This document shows, one piece after another, positions 8,533 through 18,774 of a stretch of DNA of 64,000 nt. The position numbers were made by a program, and so were the translations under genes. Source of the stretch: Pseudomonadota bacterium (GTDB taxonomy: Bacteria > Pseudomonadota > Gammaproteobacteria > Pseudomonadales > Halieaceae); the NCBI GenBank assembly GCA_038748065.1, contig JBCDJG010000008.1:35548-99547 (forward strand), in the 5' to 3' direction. The notes under the pieces were generated by a model that saw only the letters and a list, made by a program, of their open reading frames with translations, did no database searches and had not been told where the DNA came from. The stretch's first letter is position 1. Each line of letters starts with the position of its first letter.

Positions 8533-10532
8533 ACGTCGCTCTCTTGTGCATTTGAATCTTCGACCAATATGAGCAGGTCGCCCGCGGCTATCTGTGCACC
8601 CGCTCGAGCATTGAGCTGTGTGACCACACCGTCAATGGTGGCGACAAGCACATGCTCCATTTTCATGGCTTCAATTACGGCGAGGGTTTCACCCGCTGCC
8701 ACGCTTTGGCCGACCTCAACCAGGACGTCGACAACACTACCGTGCATCGGCGCGTGGACACCACCATCAGAGAATCCCTCTGCACTGGCCTCAACATTGG
8801 CCAGCTCATTGCGAAACACAGCTGCCGTGCCATCGAGCTGAACATTCACCTCACCGCTATCGCCAAACGCGTAAAAACAGCTCGCTCGAACGTCGCCGCG
8901 CTGGAAGCGCAGGGCTTCTCCATCGTCCTTAATTATTTGGTATGGCTCCGTCGAGCCATCGGAACCTACGGCATAGCGATGCGCCCCCAGCGCTTTGACC
9001 TGCAGGCGCAGTTCTGCCTCTCCTTGCGCGAAAGCGTATTCCCCGCGCAGGTCCTGGCTGCTGTGCCAGCCCTCCAGCGCTGAATCGGGGCCTATTCTGC
9101 CTGCGGTAACAGCCGAACGATGCAGCAGGATGGCACCGAGGGCAGGTAATACCGGGCTGAAGTCGGCTCTCTCGAAAGAGCCGCTGCCGTAGTTGCGCGT
9201 GATAAATGCGGTGGTGACCGGCCCCTCGATGAAGTCCGGCCGGTCGAGAACATCGAGCAGGAACTCACGGTTATTGGTCACGCCAAAAAGACAGGTACTC
9301 TGTAGCGCGTTCCTCAAGCGACGCCGCGCTATGTCTCGATCATCGCCCCAGGCAATAATTTTGGCGATCATCGGGTCATAGAAAGGTGTCACTGACTGGC
9401 CCGAATTCAGCCCGTGGTCCACGCGGATTCCATCGCCCCCGGGGACGCGCCAATGATCGGCACGCCCCGAAGCAGGCAGAAAGCCGTTTTCAGTATCCTC
9501 GGCATAAAGCCGAACCTCTATGGCGTGACCCCGCATATCGACGTCTGACTGTTTCAGCGGAAGCGGGTAACCCTGCGCCACATGAAACTGCAGTGACACC
9601 AGGTCGGTACCCGTCACCATCTCTGTAACCGGGTGTTCGACCTGCAGCCGCGTGTTCATTTCAAGAAAATAGAAGTTGCGGTCCTCGTCGACCAAGAACT
9701 CGACCGTACCAGCGCCAACGTAGTTGATGCTCTTGGCGGCATCCACCGCGGCCTGGCCCATGCGAGCGCGCAGTTCCGGCGTCATCAACGGACTGGGGGC
9801 CTCCTCAACAACCTTTTGGTGACGCCGCTGTACCGAGCAATCTCGCTCACCCAGGTGAATGACATTACCGTGACTGTCACCGAAGACTTGAATCTCAATA
9901 TGCCGCGGATTAAGCACTGCTTTTTCCAGGATGAGTTCCCCTGAACCAAATGCACTTTCCGCTTCAGAGCGCGCTGACTGAATCGCCCCCCGCAACTCCT
10001 CGGGGGCCCGAACCAGCCGCATACCTCGACCGCCACCACCTGCCGTGGCCTTCACCATAATGGGTACACCAATCTGGCCACCCTGCTCTATCAAGGTGTC
10101 GTCGGACTGGTCGAGTCCCTCGTAGCCAGGAATACAGGGCACCCTCGCCGCGATCATTCGCCGCTTGGATTCGCCCTTATTGCCCATCACGCGGATTGCG
10201 TCAGCGCTTGGCCCGATAAATTGAATACCCGCCGCCTCGCAGGCAAGTGCGAAGTCGGGGTTTTCTGACAAAAAACCGTAGCCAGGGTGAACCGCCTGGG
10301 CGCCGGTCACCCTCGCCGCCGATAGAATTTTTTCGATATCGAGGTAGGAATCTTTAGCGGGAGCCGCGCCGATGTTCACGGCCTGATCGGCCAACTCGAC
10401 GTGCGGCGCATCGGCATCCGCGTCGGAGAAGACCGCGATAGTTCGATAACCCTGCTGCCTCGCTGAGCGAATCACCCTGAGCGCTATCTCGCCGCGGTTA
10501 GCGACGAGGATACTGTCAAACTGCGGCATCAA
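8529..10532 (-). CDS. Acyl-CoA carboxylase alpha subunit (biotin carboxylase + biotin carboxyl carrier domain)
   Basis: 667 aa. It has the ATP-grasp biotin carboxylase N-terminus (ILVANRGEIALRVIRSA), a C-terminal lipoyl/biotinyl domain and the EAMKME biotinylation motif. Confidence 0.95.
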   Translation of the reverse strand: MMPQFDSILVANRGEIALRVIRSARQQGYRTIAVFSDADADAPHVELADQAVNIGAAPAKDSYLDIEKILSAARVTGAQAVHPGYGFLSENPDFALACEAAGIQFIGPSADAIRVMGNKGESKRRMIAARVPCIPGYEGLDQSDDTLIEQGGQIGVPIMVKATAGGGGRGMRLVRAPEELRGAIQSARSEAESAFGSGELILEKAVLNPRHIEIQVFGDSHGNVIHLGERDCSVQRRHQKVVEEAPSPLMTPELRARMGQAAVDAAKSINYVGAGTVEFLVDEDRNFYFLEMNTRLQVEHPVTEMVTGTDLVSLQFHVAQGYPLPLKQSDVDMRGHAIEVRLYAEDTENGFLPASGRADHWRVPGGDGIRVDHGLNSGQSVTPFYDPMIAKIIAWGDDRDIARRRLRNALQSTCLFGVTNNREFLLDVLDRPDFIEGPVTTAFITRNYGSGSFERADFSPVLPALGAILLHRSAVTAGRIGPDSALEGWHSSQDLRGEYAFAQGEAELRLQVKALGAHRYAVGSDGSTEPYQIIKDDGEALRFQRGDVRASCFYAFGDSGEVNVQLDGTAAVFRNELANVEASAEGFSDGGVHAPMHGSVVDVLVEVGQSVAAGETLAVIEAMKMEHVLVATIDGVVTQLNARAGAQIAAGDLLILVEDSNAQESDV

Positions 10533-10672
10533 TCACCCTCTGCATACTGATGGCTTGGCGCTGATCAAGGCCAGGAAATCCTGGCCCTAGGCCTTCACGA
10601 CACTGCACAGGGTAGAAACTGCGCCTGCTAATCTCATTGACAGAAACAGACTTTGAGTTGACGTTTTATTGA

Positions 10673-12958
10673 CTAGAAGCTGTACTCCAGTTCCAGGCCA
10701 AGCTGCCGGGGTCGGCTGAAGTTGCGCCCCCTCACTAAGGAGGGCACTACGCTGACTTCGCCCGAGCTGAAGCTCACCAGTTCGCGGTTAATGCCCGTGA
10801 AGAATTCCTCATCGAAGAGGTTGATGACGAACAGCGACGCCTTTAGCTTGATCCACTCGTAGCCCAAACGCGCGTTAACCTGCCAGTAACTGTCTGTGGC
10901 ATTAGCCTCCAGATTTTCGATATCGCTATAAGTGCTGCCCCGGTAGTTGGCGTTGAAAGAGGCCATTAGACCACCCTCAGAGCGATAGGCTGCACCGAAG
11001 GTTGCCGTCCAGTTGGGCGCTGCCAGGAATTCGTTACCCGCGAGGTTGTCAAAGCCTGACACGCCGGGCAGTGGCTCTTGATTCTCATCCACCGCATAAG
11101 GGAAATCGGTAAATTCCGTCTCGACATAGCCCAGGGCAAAGTACATATCCAAGGCGCTGCTGAATACATAATCGAGCCTGACTTCAGCGCCATAGAGCTC
11201 TGATTCGCCGGCATTCAGGGTAATGAATTCGTTCAGCGTAGTGCCTTCAGGTATGCGAACCTGCTGATCTTCCCAGTCTGCAAAGAACACGTTAGCGTTC
11301 AAGGTCAAATCGCCATCCAGCCAGAGCGAACGGAAGGCCAGCTCGTAGTTGGTCAGGAACTCTGGGTCAAACTCGACGTTCTCTTCACCAACAGTACTAA
11401 CACCGCCTGCCCGATATCCCCGAGACACGGCGAAGGAGAAAGACCTGGACTCATCCATGTCGTAGACCACGCTTGCCCTTGGCAAAAATGCGCTGTAGTC
11501 AGTGTCCAGCGGATCGGACGAGGAGCTGGAAAGAATAAGGCTGCAGGGCAGTGTCACCGTACCCCCTACAGTTGCACTACAGGGCTCCTCGGAAAATGAA
11601 ACATCGACCTGATCGCCGGAGTCATCCAGCTTTTCGTAGTCATAACGCGCGCCGATACCGACACTCCAGCGCTCATTCAGGCGATAGACAAGGTCACCAT
11701 ACAGTGCCCAATTTTCTACATCGCGCGTTCTCGCGGCATTCCTGACAAAGGTGATGCCTGGAGGCGTCGTTTCTACGCCAAAGCCGGTCGGATCAATAAG
11801 CAGCCCGGCATTTTGCTCGGTTGTTTCGTCGAAATAGTACGCGCCCAGCCAGCCTGTCAGGCTGTCGTAGTCAAAGTGAAATCGAAGGTCCATGGAGTAG
11901 GTTTCATCTTCGCGGAGATCGACACCTGCGCCAGCCCCGAAGCTGGTAATTTCTCTTTCCACGTCCTCGTAGCTTCCGACAAACGCCAGATACCAGTGGT
12001 CGTCCAACACGTACTGTGTGTCCAGAATATAGCGCGTGTTTTCGTACTCGTTTTCACCGCTGCGCGCATCGTAGTCAACCAGATCAAAGGGGTCGAAGGA
12101 TGCCGCCTCCGGTGTATCGTCGTCCGGTGCGATGACCCGCGTGCCATTGCCCGAGCTAAAAAAGTCGGTGTAGTTGATGATCAGTTCAGCACGCAGGCCC
12201 GCTATCGCAGCGGGCTCAAACAATAGCTTTGCCCTGGCTTGGGTAGAATCATTCCGCTGATTGTCCACGAGATTTACGGCGTTGAAGCCGTCATAGTCTT
12301 CTTCACGGTAGTCATAGCTGAGACGGTAGGCGAGCTGGTCATCGACAATAGGGCCGGTGATCATCGCAGAGCCCTGCCAGGTGTCATCGCTGGCACCCAG
12401 CGCCCTCACTTTCCCGCCAAACTGGTATTCAGGATCCGCCGTCTTGGCAACAATAGCCCCCGCCAGTGCATTGCGTCCCTGTGTCGTGGCCTGCGGGCCG
12501 AGCAAGATCTCGACCTGATCCACGTCCCACAAGTTGAAGACAATGCCAGAGCCCTCCGCCGACAGCGGCGCACCGTCGATGTAGGTGTTAATGGTACGGC
12601 CGCCGCTATTATTGAGGCCGCTGGAGTAAATACCCCTGAGGGAAACACCCCGCAGGCCGGCGTTAGTATCGATGGTGACATTGGGCGAGCGCAGCAGGAC
12701 CTCTTCCAGCTTGAACAGCGCCTGCTCTTCAAACTCAGCGCCAGTAAACACCGCCACCGAGTCGTAGGTCTCCTGGATGGAAATGCCACGCTTGGTACCG
12801 TAGACCAGCACTTCCTCCAACACCGCTTGTTCCGACGCGGCACCAGACTCCTGTGACCATGAGCTGCCAGTAAAGGCAAGCATGGCGACGCCGCTGGCTA
12901 GAACATATCTCAGTCTGTGAACTCGATTGAAACCGTCTGATCTGTCCGCTGTGTCCAT
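10673..12958 (-). CDS. TonB-dependent outer membrane receptor
   Basis: 761 aa with a signal peptide, a plug region (LEEVLVYGTKRG) and a C-terminal ..GLELEYSF terminal aromatic. Confidence 0.9.
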   Translation of the reverse strand: MDTADRSDGFNRVHRLRYVLASGVAMLAFTGSSWSQESGAASEQAVLEEVLVYGTKRGISIQETYDSVAVFTGAEFEEQALFKLEEVLLRSPNVTIDTNAGLRGVSLRGIYSSGLNNSGGRTINTYIDGAPLSAEGSGIVFNLWDVDQVEILLGPQATTQGRNALAGAIVAKTADPEYQFGGKVRALGASDDTWQGSAMITGPIVDDQLAYRLSYDYREEDYDGFNAVNLVDNQRNDSTQARAKLLFEPAAIAGLRAELIINYTDFFSSGNGTRVIAPDDDTPEAASFDPFDLVDYDARSGENEYENTRYILDTQYVLDDHWYLAFVGSYEDVEREITSFGAGAGVDLREDETYSMDLRFHFDYDSLTGWLGAYYFDETTEQNAGLLIDPTGFGVETTPPGITFVRNAARTRDVENWALYGDLVYRLNERWSVGIGARYDYEKLDDSGDQVDVSFSEEPCSATVGGTVTLPCSLILSSSSSDPLDTDYSAFLPRASVVYDMDESRSFSFAVSRGYRAGGVSTVGEENVEFDPEFLTNYELAFRSLWLDGDLTLNANVFFADWEDQQVRIPEGTTLNEFITLNAGESELYGAEVRLDYVFSSALDMYFALGYVETEFTDFPYAVDENQEPLPGVSGFDNLAGNEFLAAPNWTATFGAAYRSEGGLMASFNANYRGSTYSDIENLEANATDSYWQVNARLGYEWIKLKASLFVINLFDEEFFTGINRELVSFSSGEVSVVPSLVRGRNFSRPRQLGLELEYSF

Positions 12959-13145
12959 TACGCTCTACTCCTTAACGCTAAGAGATCCAACACGAAAACA
13001 AGAAACGCGCTCTTGGTAACGCGTCTCATTCGCATCAGATTAGTTCGCGCGCTAAGGGAGCAGAAACAACAATTTCAGATAGGTAACAGTCGCCGTTAGG
13101 GTTGAAGAGGGCTTGACGTTGACGAGTGTCGAGCGTTTTAAAGGT

Positions 13146-14351
13146 CTAAAAAATCTCGAAAAGACCAGCAGCGCCCATGCCGCCACCGATGCACATGGTG
13201 ACTACGCCCCACTTTGCACCTCTGCGCCGGCCTTCCAGGAGAATATGGCCGGCGCAGCGCGCCGCCGTCATACCATAAGGGTGGCCCATGGCGATGGAGC
13301 CTCCATTGACATTGCAACGATCAGGATCGATTCCCAACTGATCACGGCAGTACAGGAACTGGCTGGCAAAGGCCTCGTTCAGCTCCCACAGGTCGATGTC
13401 GCTCACGGAGAGGCCCGCTCGCTTAAGAAGTTTTGGTACGGCAAACACGGGTCCAATGCCCATCTCATCCGGTTCGCACCCAAGCACGGCGTAGTCTCGC
13501 AAAGCCCCCAGGGGCTCAAGACCAGCGGAAGCCGCCGCTGTTGCATCCATGACAATACTGGCGCTCGCGCCATCCGCCATCTGGCTGGAGTTGCCGGCGG
13601 TAACGTAGCTACCCTGCTTGACCTGTTGGCCATCGGCAAACACCGGCATCAGTCCGGCCAAGTCCGCAAGGCTTGTCTGCGGCCGGTTACATCCGTCACG
13701 ATCGACGAGAACGTCCTCAAAGCGCTCCTCACCAGATTCAGCATCAAGCGTTTTCCACTGCGCTCGCAAAGGCACAATCTCGTCTCTAAAATGGCCCGCC
13801 TGCTGTGCCGCTGCCGTGCGCTGCTGGCTGATCAACGACCATTCATCCTGTGCCTCCCTGCTGACGTCATAGCGCTCGGCGACCACTTCGGCAGTCTCCA
13901 GCATTGACATCCACAGCGCGGGCTTGGTCTCCAGCAGATTCGCCTCAACGGCATGAGTCATATTGAAACCGCCACCGAACTGCACGAGGGATATCGACTC
14001 CACGCCGCCCGCTGCCATCAACGCTTCGCAGCCGCTATTCACTCGCTGCGTCGCCAGCGCCAAAGCTTCCAATCCAGACGCGCAGCCTCGACTGACTGTC
14101 AGGCCCGCAGTGGTCACGGGGCAACCAGCGGCGATGGCCGCGTTCCTGGCAACGTTAAATCCCGTAGCGCCCTCGGGGAAACCGCAGCCCATCACAACAT
14201 CGTCGATGCGCTCAGTCGCAATACCCGCCCGACGCGCGGCATGCGCTACCGCGTGGCCCGCAAGCGCGGCGCCGTGGGTGTTATTAAAGAAACCTCGACC
14301 AGCCTTGGCCAGCGCCGTACGCGCCGTGGAGACAATGACGGCTTCTGCCAT
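13146..14351 (-). CDS. Acetyl-CoA C-acyltransferase (thiolase)
   Basis: 401 aa. It shows the thiolase signatures VSRGCASGL (active Cys), NEAFASQ and a C-terminal GGGMGAA. Confidence 0.95.
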   Translation of the reverse strand: MAEAVIVSTARTALAKAGRGFFNNTHGAALAGHAVAHAARRAGIATERIDDVVMGCGFPEGATGFNVARNAAIAAGCPVTTAGLTVSRGCASGLEALALATQRVNSGCEALMAAGGVESISLVQFGGGFNMTHAVEANLLETKPALWMSMLETAEVVAERYDVSREAQDEWSLISQQRTAAAQQAGHFRDEIVPLRAQWKTLDAESGEERFEDVLVDRDGCNRPQTSLADLAGLMPVFADGQQVKQGSYVTAGNSSQMADGASASIVMDATAAASAGLEPLGALRDYAVLGCEPDEMGIGPVFAVPKLLKRAGLSVSDIDLWELNEAFASQFLYCRDQLGIDPDRCNVNGGSIAMGHPYGMTAARCAGHILLEGRRRGAKWGVVTMCIGGGMGAAGLFEIF

Positions 14352-14416
14352 GGTTGCGTTACCTTTTGAAGTTATGTGCTTGAGTGGTGATTTCCGCCGC
14401 TGGCCCTTTGACCGGA

Positions 14417-15769
14417 TCAGCCTCGCTGCGCCGCCAGTAGCTGGCCAAAGTCCCCGCTACCATAGCGGTACAGGCAGGCTGCGAGAAACACGCTGCCAGT
14501 CAGGACAATCGTCAAGGAAAGCCCTAGCTTTGCCTCATCCGCAAACAGGAAGTCGGTGATCATGGCAACGATAAGCGGGCCACAGCCGTAGGCCACCAGT
14601 GCAATAGCGATCGTCATCAAGGCCGCCATGGTGGCCCGCATGTTACCCGGCGCTATCGCCTGTAATGCAGCAATCGATAGGGTCTGAGTCATGAAGGTAG
14701 CAAAGGTCCCCAGGGCAGCAAGCACTACAAGACCGGTTACGGAAGGCATGATTGGGGCCAGTCCGAAAGGCAGGAAGCCAACAAAACATGCTATGGACGC
14801 GAGCCTGACATAGCTTTCATAGCTACCCTGTCGAAGCATCCGGTCTCCGAGCCAGCCCCCGAGCAAGGCCGACATAACACCCGGAAAGACCAGTGCCGAT
14901 ACGATCCATAGCCCCGCCTCTTCCGGCATGATGCCGAAGTTGCGCTCAAACAGTGCCGGTAGCCATGTCGATGCTGAAGCCGCGCCGAGCTGTACCGCGG
15001 TCACGCCTCCAAGTATCGCAATGTAAACACGCTTGTTCGCCCCCATGAATGACAGGACGCTGCCGAAGTCAGGCGAAAGCTCAGCTGGCGCTAACCTCCG
15101 CCGGGGCTCCTTAACGGTGACCAGAAACAGCAGCGCCAGCAGGACCCCGGGCAAGCCGACGATGTAAAAGACCACCTGCCAGTTGAATATCACACCGACA
15201 AAGGGCACCTCGAGACCCTCGGGCCAGGTTCTCGCCGACCATCCGATCAGCAGGCCACCGATGGAAAATGCCATTAAGGCGCCAAGCAATGAGCCAACGC
15301 TGAACACCGACATCGCCCGACCAAGCGACTCCTCGGGTACCTCATCGGCAATCATGGATTGGCCGCAGGGTACGATGGCGCCCTCTCCAACCCCCACGCC
15401 CATGCGTGTCACGAAAAGCTGGGCGAAGTTCTGCGCGGCGCCCGCCGCCGCCGTAAACAGGCTCCATAGGATGGCGCCCACCGTCAGGATATTGCGACGA
15501 TTAAAACGGTCCGCCAGGCGCGCTATCCAGAACCCACAAAGCACGTAAAACAGGGAAAAACTAAAGCCCGCCAACAGACTGACTTGAACATCACTCGCGC
15601 CGAAATCCCGCTTGATGGATTCGATCATGAGATTGAGTACGAAACGGTCAATATTAGCCACCAAATACAAAATGGCGACCATCCAGACCAGATACCAGTT
15701 GCTACGGGTGATGACGGCGTCTCCTGGTATTGCCAGTGCTGCGCTAAAATCAGGACGCGATCTTGGCAA
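14417..15769 (-). CDS. MFS transporter
   Basis: 450 aa with about 12 hydrophobic segments and an MFS loop motif ([13 protein letters not shown]). The ORF-track start at 15769 is a TTG and overlaps the upstream gene by 20 nt, so the start is uncertain. Confidence 0.8.
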   Translation of the reverse strand: MPRSRPDFSAALAIPGDAVITRSNWYLVWMVAILYLVANIDRFVLNLMIESIKRDFGASDVQVSLLAGFSFSLFYVLCGFWIARLADRFNRRNILTVGAILWSLFTAAAGAAQNFAQLFVTRMGVGVGEGAIVPCGQSMIADEVPEESLGRAMSVFSVGSLLGALMAFSIGGLLIGWSARTWPEGLEVPFVGVIFNWQVVFYIVGLPGVLLALLFLVTVKEPRRRLAPAELSPDFGSVLSFMGANKRVYIAILGGVTAVQLGAASASTWLPALFERNFGIMPEEAGLWIVSALVFPGVMSALLGGWLGDRMLRQGSYESYVRLASIACFVGFLPFGLAPIMPSVTGLVVLAALGTFATFMTQTLSIAALQAIAPGNMRATMAALMTIAIALVAYGCGPLIVAMITDFLFADEAKLGLSLTIVLTGSVFLAACLYRYGSGDFGQLLAAQRG

Positions 15770-17867
15770 CCGTGACCGGTGTGCCCGACGCGGCTGCGCA
15801 GGCAGTCATCTCGTCAACGCGTTGCTCATCAGTCAGGTCATTCACGGAGACGCCCGGCCGTTGCGTGGCAATTGATAGACGAGTATCACTGGCACTGTCA
15901 AAATCGCCCCGCTTATGGCCCCAACCGTAGGGCAGACTGACCACGCCGGGCATCATGTCACGGGTGCCTTCGACCACGACCTCGAGTTGGCCGGTGCGGC
16001 TGGTAACGCTGACCTCGTCACCGTCGCAAAGACCCCGCTCTTCCATATCAACAGCGTTCATATGCAATACGCAACGCTCCCGTCCCTTCATCATACTGTC
16101 GGCGTTGTGATACCAAGCGCCAATCGACTTCAGATCCCTGCGGGAAATCAGCTTGAGCGAATCGGTGGCACGCGCCTGTTCGAACAGTGCCTTTTCAAGG
16201 CGCTGGATTTCGTCCATGTACGTGGCCTGCCCACAGTCGATACCCTGGCCGGGCTTGAGAACATTGATGTTCTCAAAATCAACCGGCGTTGGCGTCTGCT
16301 CGCCCATGTCGTATCCGTGAGGGTGCTCGCGAAGAATATCGAGGGACAGTCCCATCGGACCCTTTTTCAGCAAAGCATCAATCGTCGCCATTGCGCTCTC
16401 CTGAGGCTGGTAATCCCGGCCAAGATGGCGGGCGAGCGCGTTACCGAGCCCATTTAGGACTTCCCAGTCGTAGAGTTCACCATCCGGCTTAGCCACGGCG
16501 GCTGGCCCGAACTGCGCTACCTTGCGCAGGGGCGCGTTGTAGGAAAAGGTGGGAAACAGGTCGTGAGCCAGGGCGGAGGTATTGGGCAGAATAATGTTCG
16601 CAAAGCGGCTCGTCTCATTCACGAAAATGTCCATTGCGACCATGTATTCGAGCGAAGCGAAGGCTTCTTCCACCTGTCTGCCGTTTGGCGCTGTGAGCAC
16701 CGGGTTGCCCGCGATACTGATAAAGGCACGTATCTGACCCGGCCCCGGCGTCAGAATTTCCTCAGCCATAGTCACGATGGGCAACTCATTGCCCATCGAA
16801 GGCAAACCACGAACGCGCGAGTGGCGAGAACCCGGCAGGCCAATCATATTACTGGCCAGCTCAAAGAACGCAGAGCCCAGAGCGGTCTGGAAAAAGAAGT
16901 TTCCGCCGGGCCGGTTAAGATTATTGGATACCGCTGATAGCATCAGCAGTAACCAGCAGGTCAGGCCACCAAAATCCTGGATACAGGTGCCGAGCCTGCC
17001 GAAGGTGCAGGCGGTCGGGGCGTTCATGTATTCGCTCGCGATTCGTCGGATGACGTCCGCCGGAATGCCCGTCACGGGAGCGACGCGCTCAGGTGAGAAG
17101 GCGGCTGTATGCTGTCGCAAAACATCGAGATTCTTGAGGGCCGGATCGAACGAAACCGGCATACGCAGGATTTCGTGATACATCGCCAGGAGGAAGGCCG
17201 AGTCCGTTCCAGGGCTGATGAAAAGGTGTTCATCTGCTGCTTTAGCGGTCTCTGTTCGGCGCGGGTCAATGACAACAACCTTGCCGCCACGGCGGCTGAT
17301 GTCACGGATGCGTTGCTTCATGTTCGGGCCGCTGAAGCCACTGCTATTGGAGACAGCCGGGTTGCCGCCAATGATCAGGAAGAAGTCAGTCTTTTCGAGA
17401 TCCGGGTAAGGTTCTCGACCACCATAGAGGTTGAAACCGGCGATATGCTGCGGCAGAAAATCGATGGAGTTAGGCGAGAAAAAAGGGGGCGCCTCAAACA
17501 TGCCATAAAAATTGTTCAGGCCGGTGTGTAAGCCCGTCATCAGAGCAGCGCCCTGCCCTGCGAAAAGCCCCAGAGCGCTATGGCCGTCGCGTTTCACCAC
17601 ACGGGCGATGCCCGCCGCCGCTTCTTCGAAGGCCTCCTCCCAGGAAACCTCCTCCCAGTCATTCCCTTTGCGCCTGAGTGGCTGGCGCAAGCGATCCTCG
17701 TCCTCGTGCAGGTCCTTAAGAGCGGTGGCCTTGGGGCAGATAAAGCCTTTACTGAGTGGGTCGTCCTTATCGCCGCGGACCTTGATGACATTGTCATTGT
17801 CGTCGGTGCTTATCTCAACACCACAGTGAGCCTGGCAGAGATGGCAGTAGCGGAAGGTAGATTTCAT
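15750..17867 (-). CDS. Molybdopterin (MGD) oxidoreductase, cytoplasmic formate-dehydrogenase/BisC-like family
   Basis: The N-terminal CHLCQAHCG Fe-S motif and the family length fit this call, and there is no Tat signal. I prefer the ATG at 17867 (MKSTFRY) because a GGAGGA lies 4-9 nt upstream; the ORF track starts at 17885. Confidence 0.85.
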   Translation of the reverse strand: MKSTFRYCHLCQAHCGVEISTDDNDNVIKVRGDKDDPLSKGFICPKATALKDLHEDEDRLRQPLRRKGNDWEEVSWEEAFEEAAAGIARVVKRDGHSALGLFAGQGAALMTGLHTGLNNFYGMFEAPPFFSPNSIDFLPQHIAGFNLYGGREPYPDLEKTDFFLIIGGNPAVSNSSGFSGPNMKQRIRDISRRGGKVVVIDPRRTETAKAADEHLFISPGTDSAFLLAMYHEILRMPVSFDPALKNLDVLRQHTAAFSPERVAPVTGIPADVIRRIASEYMNAPTACTFGRLGTCIQDFGGLTCWLLLMLSAVSNNLNRPGGNFFFQTALGSAFFELASNMIGLPGSRHSRVRGLPSMGNELPIVTMAEEILTPGPGQIRAFISIAGNPVLTAPNGRQVEEAFASLEYMVAMDIFVNETSRFANIILPNTSALAHDLFPTFSYNAPLRKVAQFGPAAVAKPDGELYDWEVLNGLGNALARHLGRDYQPQESAMATIDALLKKGPMGLSLDILREHPHGYDMGEQTPTPVDFENINVLKPGQGIDCGQATYMDEIQRLEKALFEQARATDSLKLISRRDLKSIGAWYHNADSMMKGRERCVLHMNAVDMEERGLCDGDEVSVTSRTGQLEVVVEGTRDMMPGVVSLPYGWGHKRGDFDSASDTRLSIATQRPGVSVNDLTDEQRVDEMTACAAASGTPVTVAKIAS

Positions 17868-17881
17868 CGTTCCTCCAGGAC

Positions 17882-18529
17882 TCAATGCTGCACCACATCG
17901 ACAAAGGGTAGCCCCCGCGCCGTGGCAATATCGATCTTAAACATCTTCTCGGCGATGGAGGTGTAATACTGCGGCCTTGCCACATCAGTTGAAGGCAGGT
18001 GAATGACACCCGACTTCAGTCCCTCGCGCGGGTAGCCAATCTCATCGAGGCCCCTCTGCTCTACAAAAATCTGGAACGCGTGCTGTGCATCTTCATCCGT
18101 GAGCGTTCCGTCAACATAGGCCGCCTCTACCAGCAATCCGTTAGGATCGAAGGTATAAATAGAATACATCCAGTCCTTGTGATGGCTCGACTCCATAACC
18201 TCAAGGCCGTGTGCCAGCCAACGATCACGCATGGCATCCAGACCCTCTCGGTCGCCGGCCTCCCAGGCCACGTGGACGTAGGAGGGCCCAAGACCCATCG
18301 CTGCTGCGATATCCGTCTGTGCCTCGCGATGAGCCTTGGCGCCGAATGCGTTAAGGTCGTAGAAGGCAAGATAGGCGCCATCGCCAGTATCGTAGAAGCA
18401 GTGCTTGTACTTGTTGCCCCGCGTATCGTCCGCTTCAATACCGACCAGTTTGAAACCCATCGCCTGGGTGTAAAAAGCGTGGGTAAGTGCTGGGTCATGC
18501 GTACTCAATGCCAGGTGATTCAGGGCCAC
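17882..18529 (-). CDS. VOC (glyoxalase / extradiol dioxygenase) family protein
   Basis: Two VOC-like halves (LNHLALST.., HVAWEAG..). I prefer the GTG at 18529, preceded by GGAGAG with a 5-nt spacer; the ORF track starts at 18580. Confidence 0.8.
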   Translation of the reverse strand: MALNHLALSTHDPALTHAFYTQAMGFKLVGIEADDTRGNKYKHCFYDTGDGAYLAFYDLNAFGAKAHREAQTDIAAAMGLGPSYVHVAWEAGDREGLDAMRDRWLAHGLEVMESSHHKDWMYSIYTFDPNGLLVEAAYVDGTLTDEDAQHAFQIFVEQRGLDEIGYPREGLKSGVIHLPSTDVARPQYYTSIAEKMFKIDIATARGLPFVDVVQH

Positions 18530-18774
18530 TGTTTCTCTCCAGACTCTTTTACATGTGCGGCGGTAATGACAAGCCAGCACAGGCTTGGGTATTAGCGGCT
18601 CACTATATCCAAAAAGTACGATCTTCAGTCACGCAAAAAAACACTAGCGACTATTCGATCTGTTTCTACTTCCGACAAGACATGGAAGCCATAGTCGTTA
18701 TCGGCTCTTTTTGTTTCTTGAGGGAGGGGCGCGGTCCTTACCATGGCGATCACCAACTGAAGAGGTGCATAGCA

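Noticed and set aside
10569-10586. Perfect hairpin GGCCAGG-AAAT-CCTGGCC downstream of the TonB receptor gene
   Set aside because: It could be a terminator, but no T-tract follows it on the minus strand, so I did not call it as a feature.
12959-13145. Searched the leader of the first TonB-dependent receptor for a Fur box or riboswitch-like conserved core
   Set aside because: I found no match better than chance to the Fur consensus and no recognisable cobalamin or TPP riboswitch core by eye. There is only a weak ACGCG/CGCGT stem.
18487-18774. N-terminal 96-aa extension of the aryl-AMP ligase ORF
   Set aside because: The extension has no similarity to adenylating enzymes and runs through the divergent promoter and the VOC gene start. 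The internal ATG at 18775 has a good RBS and gives the normal family N-terminus. The extensions at 37591-37680 (PQQ dehydrogenase), 61223-61405 (GT39) and 57509-57592 (555-aa protein) were trimmed for the same reason.
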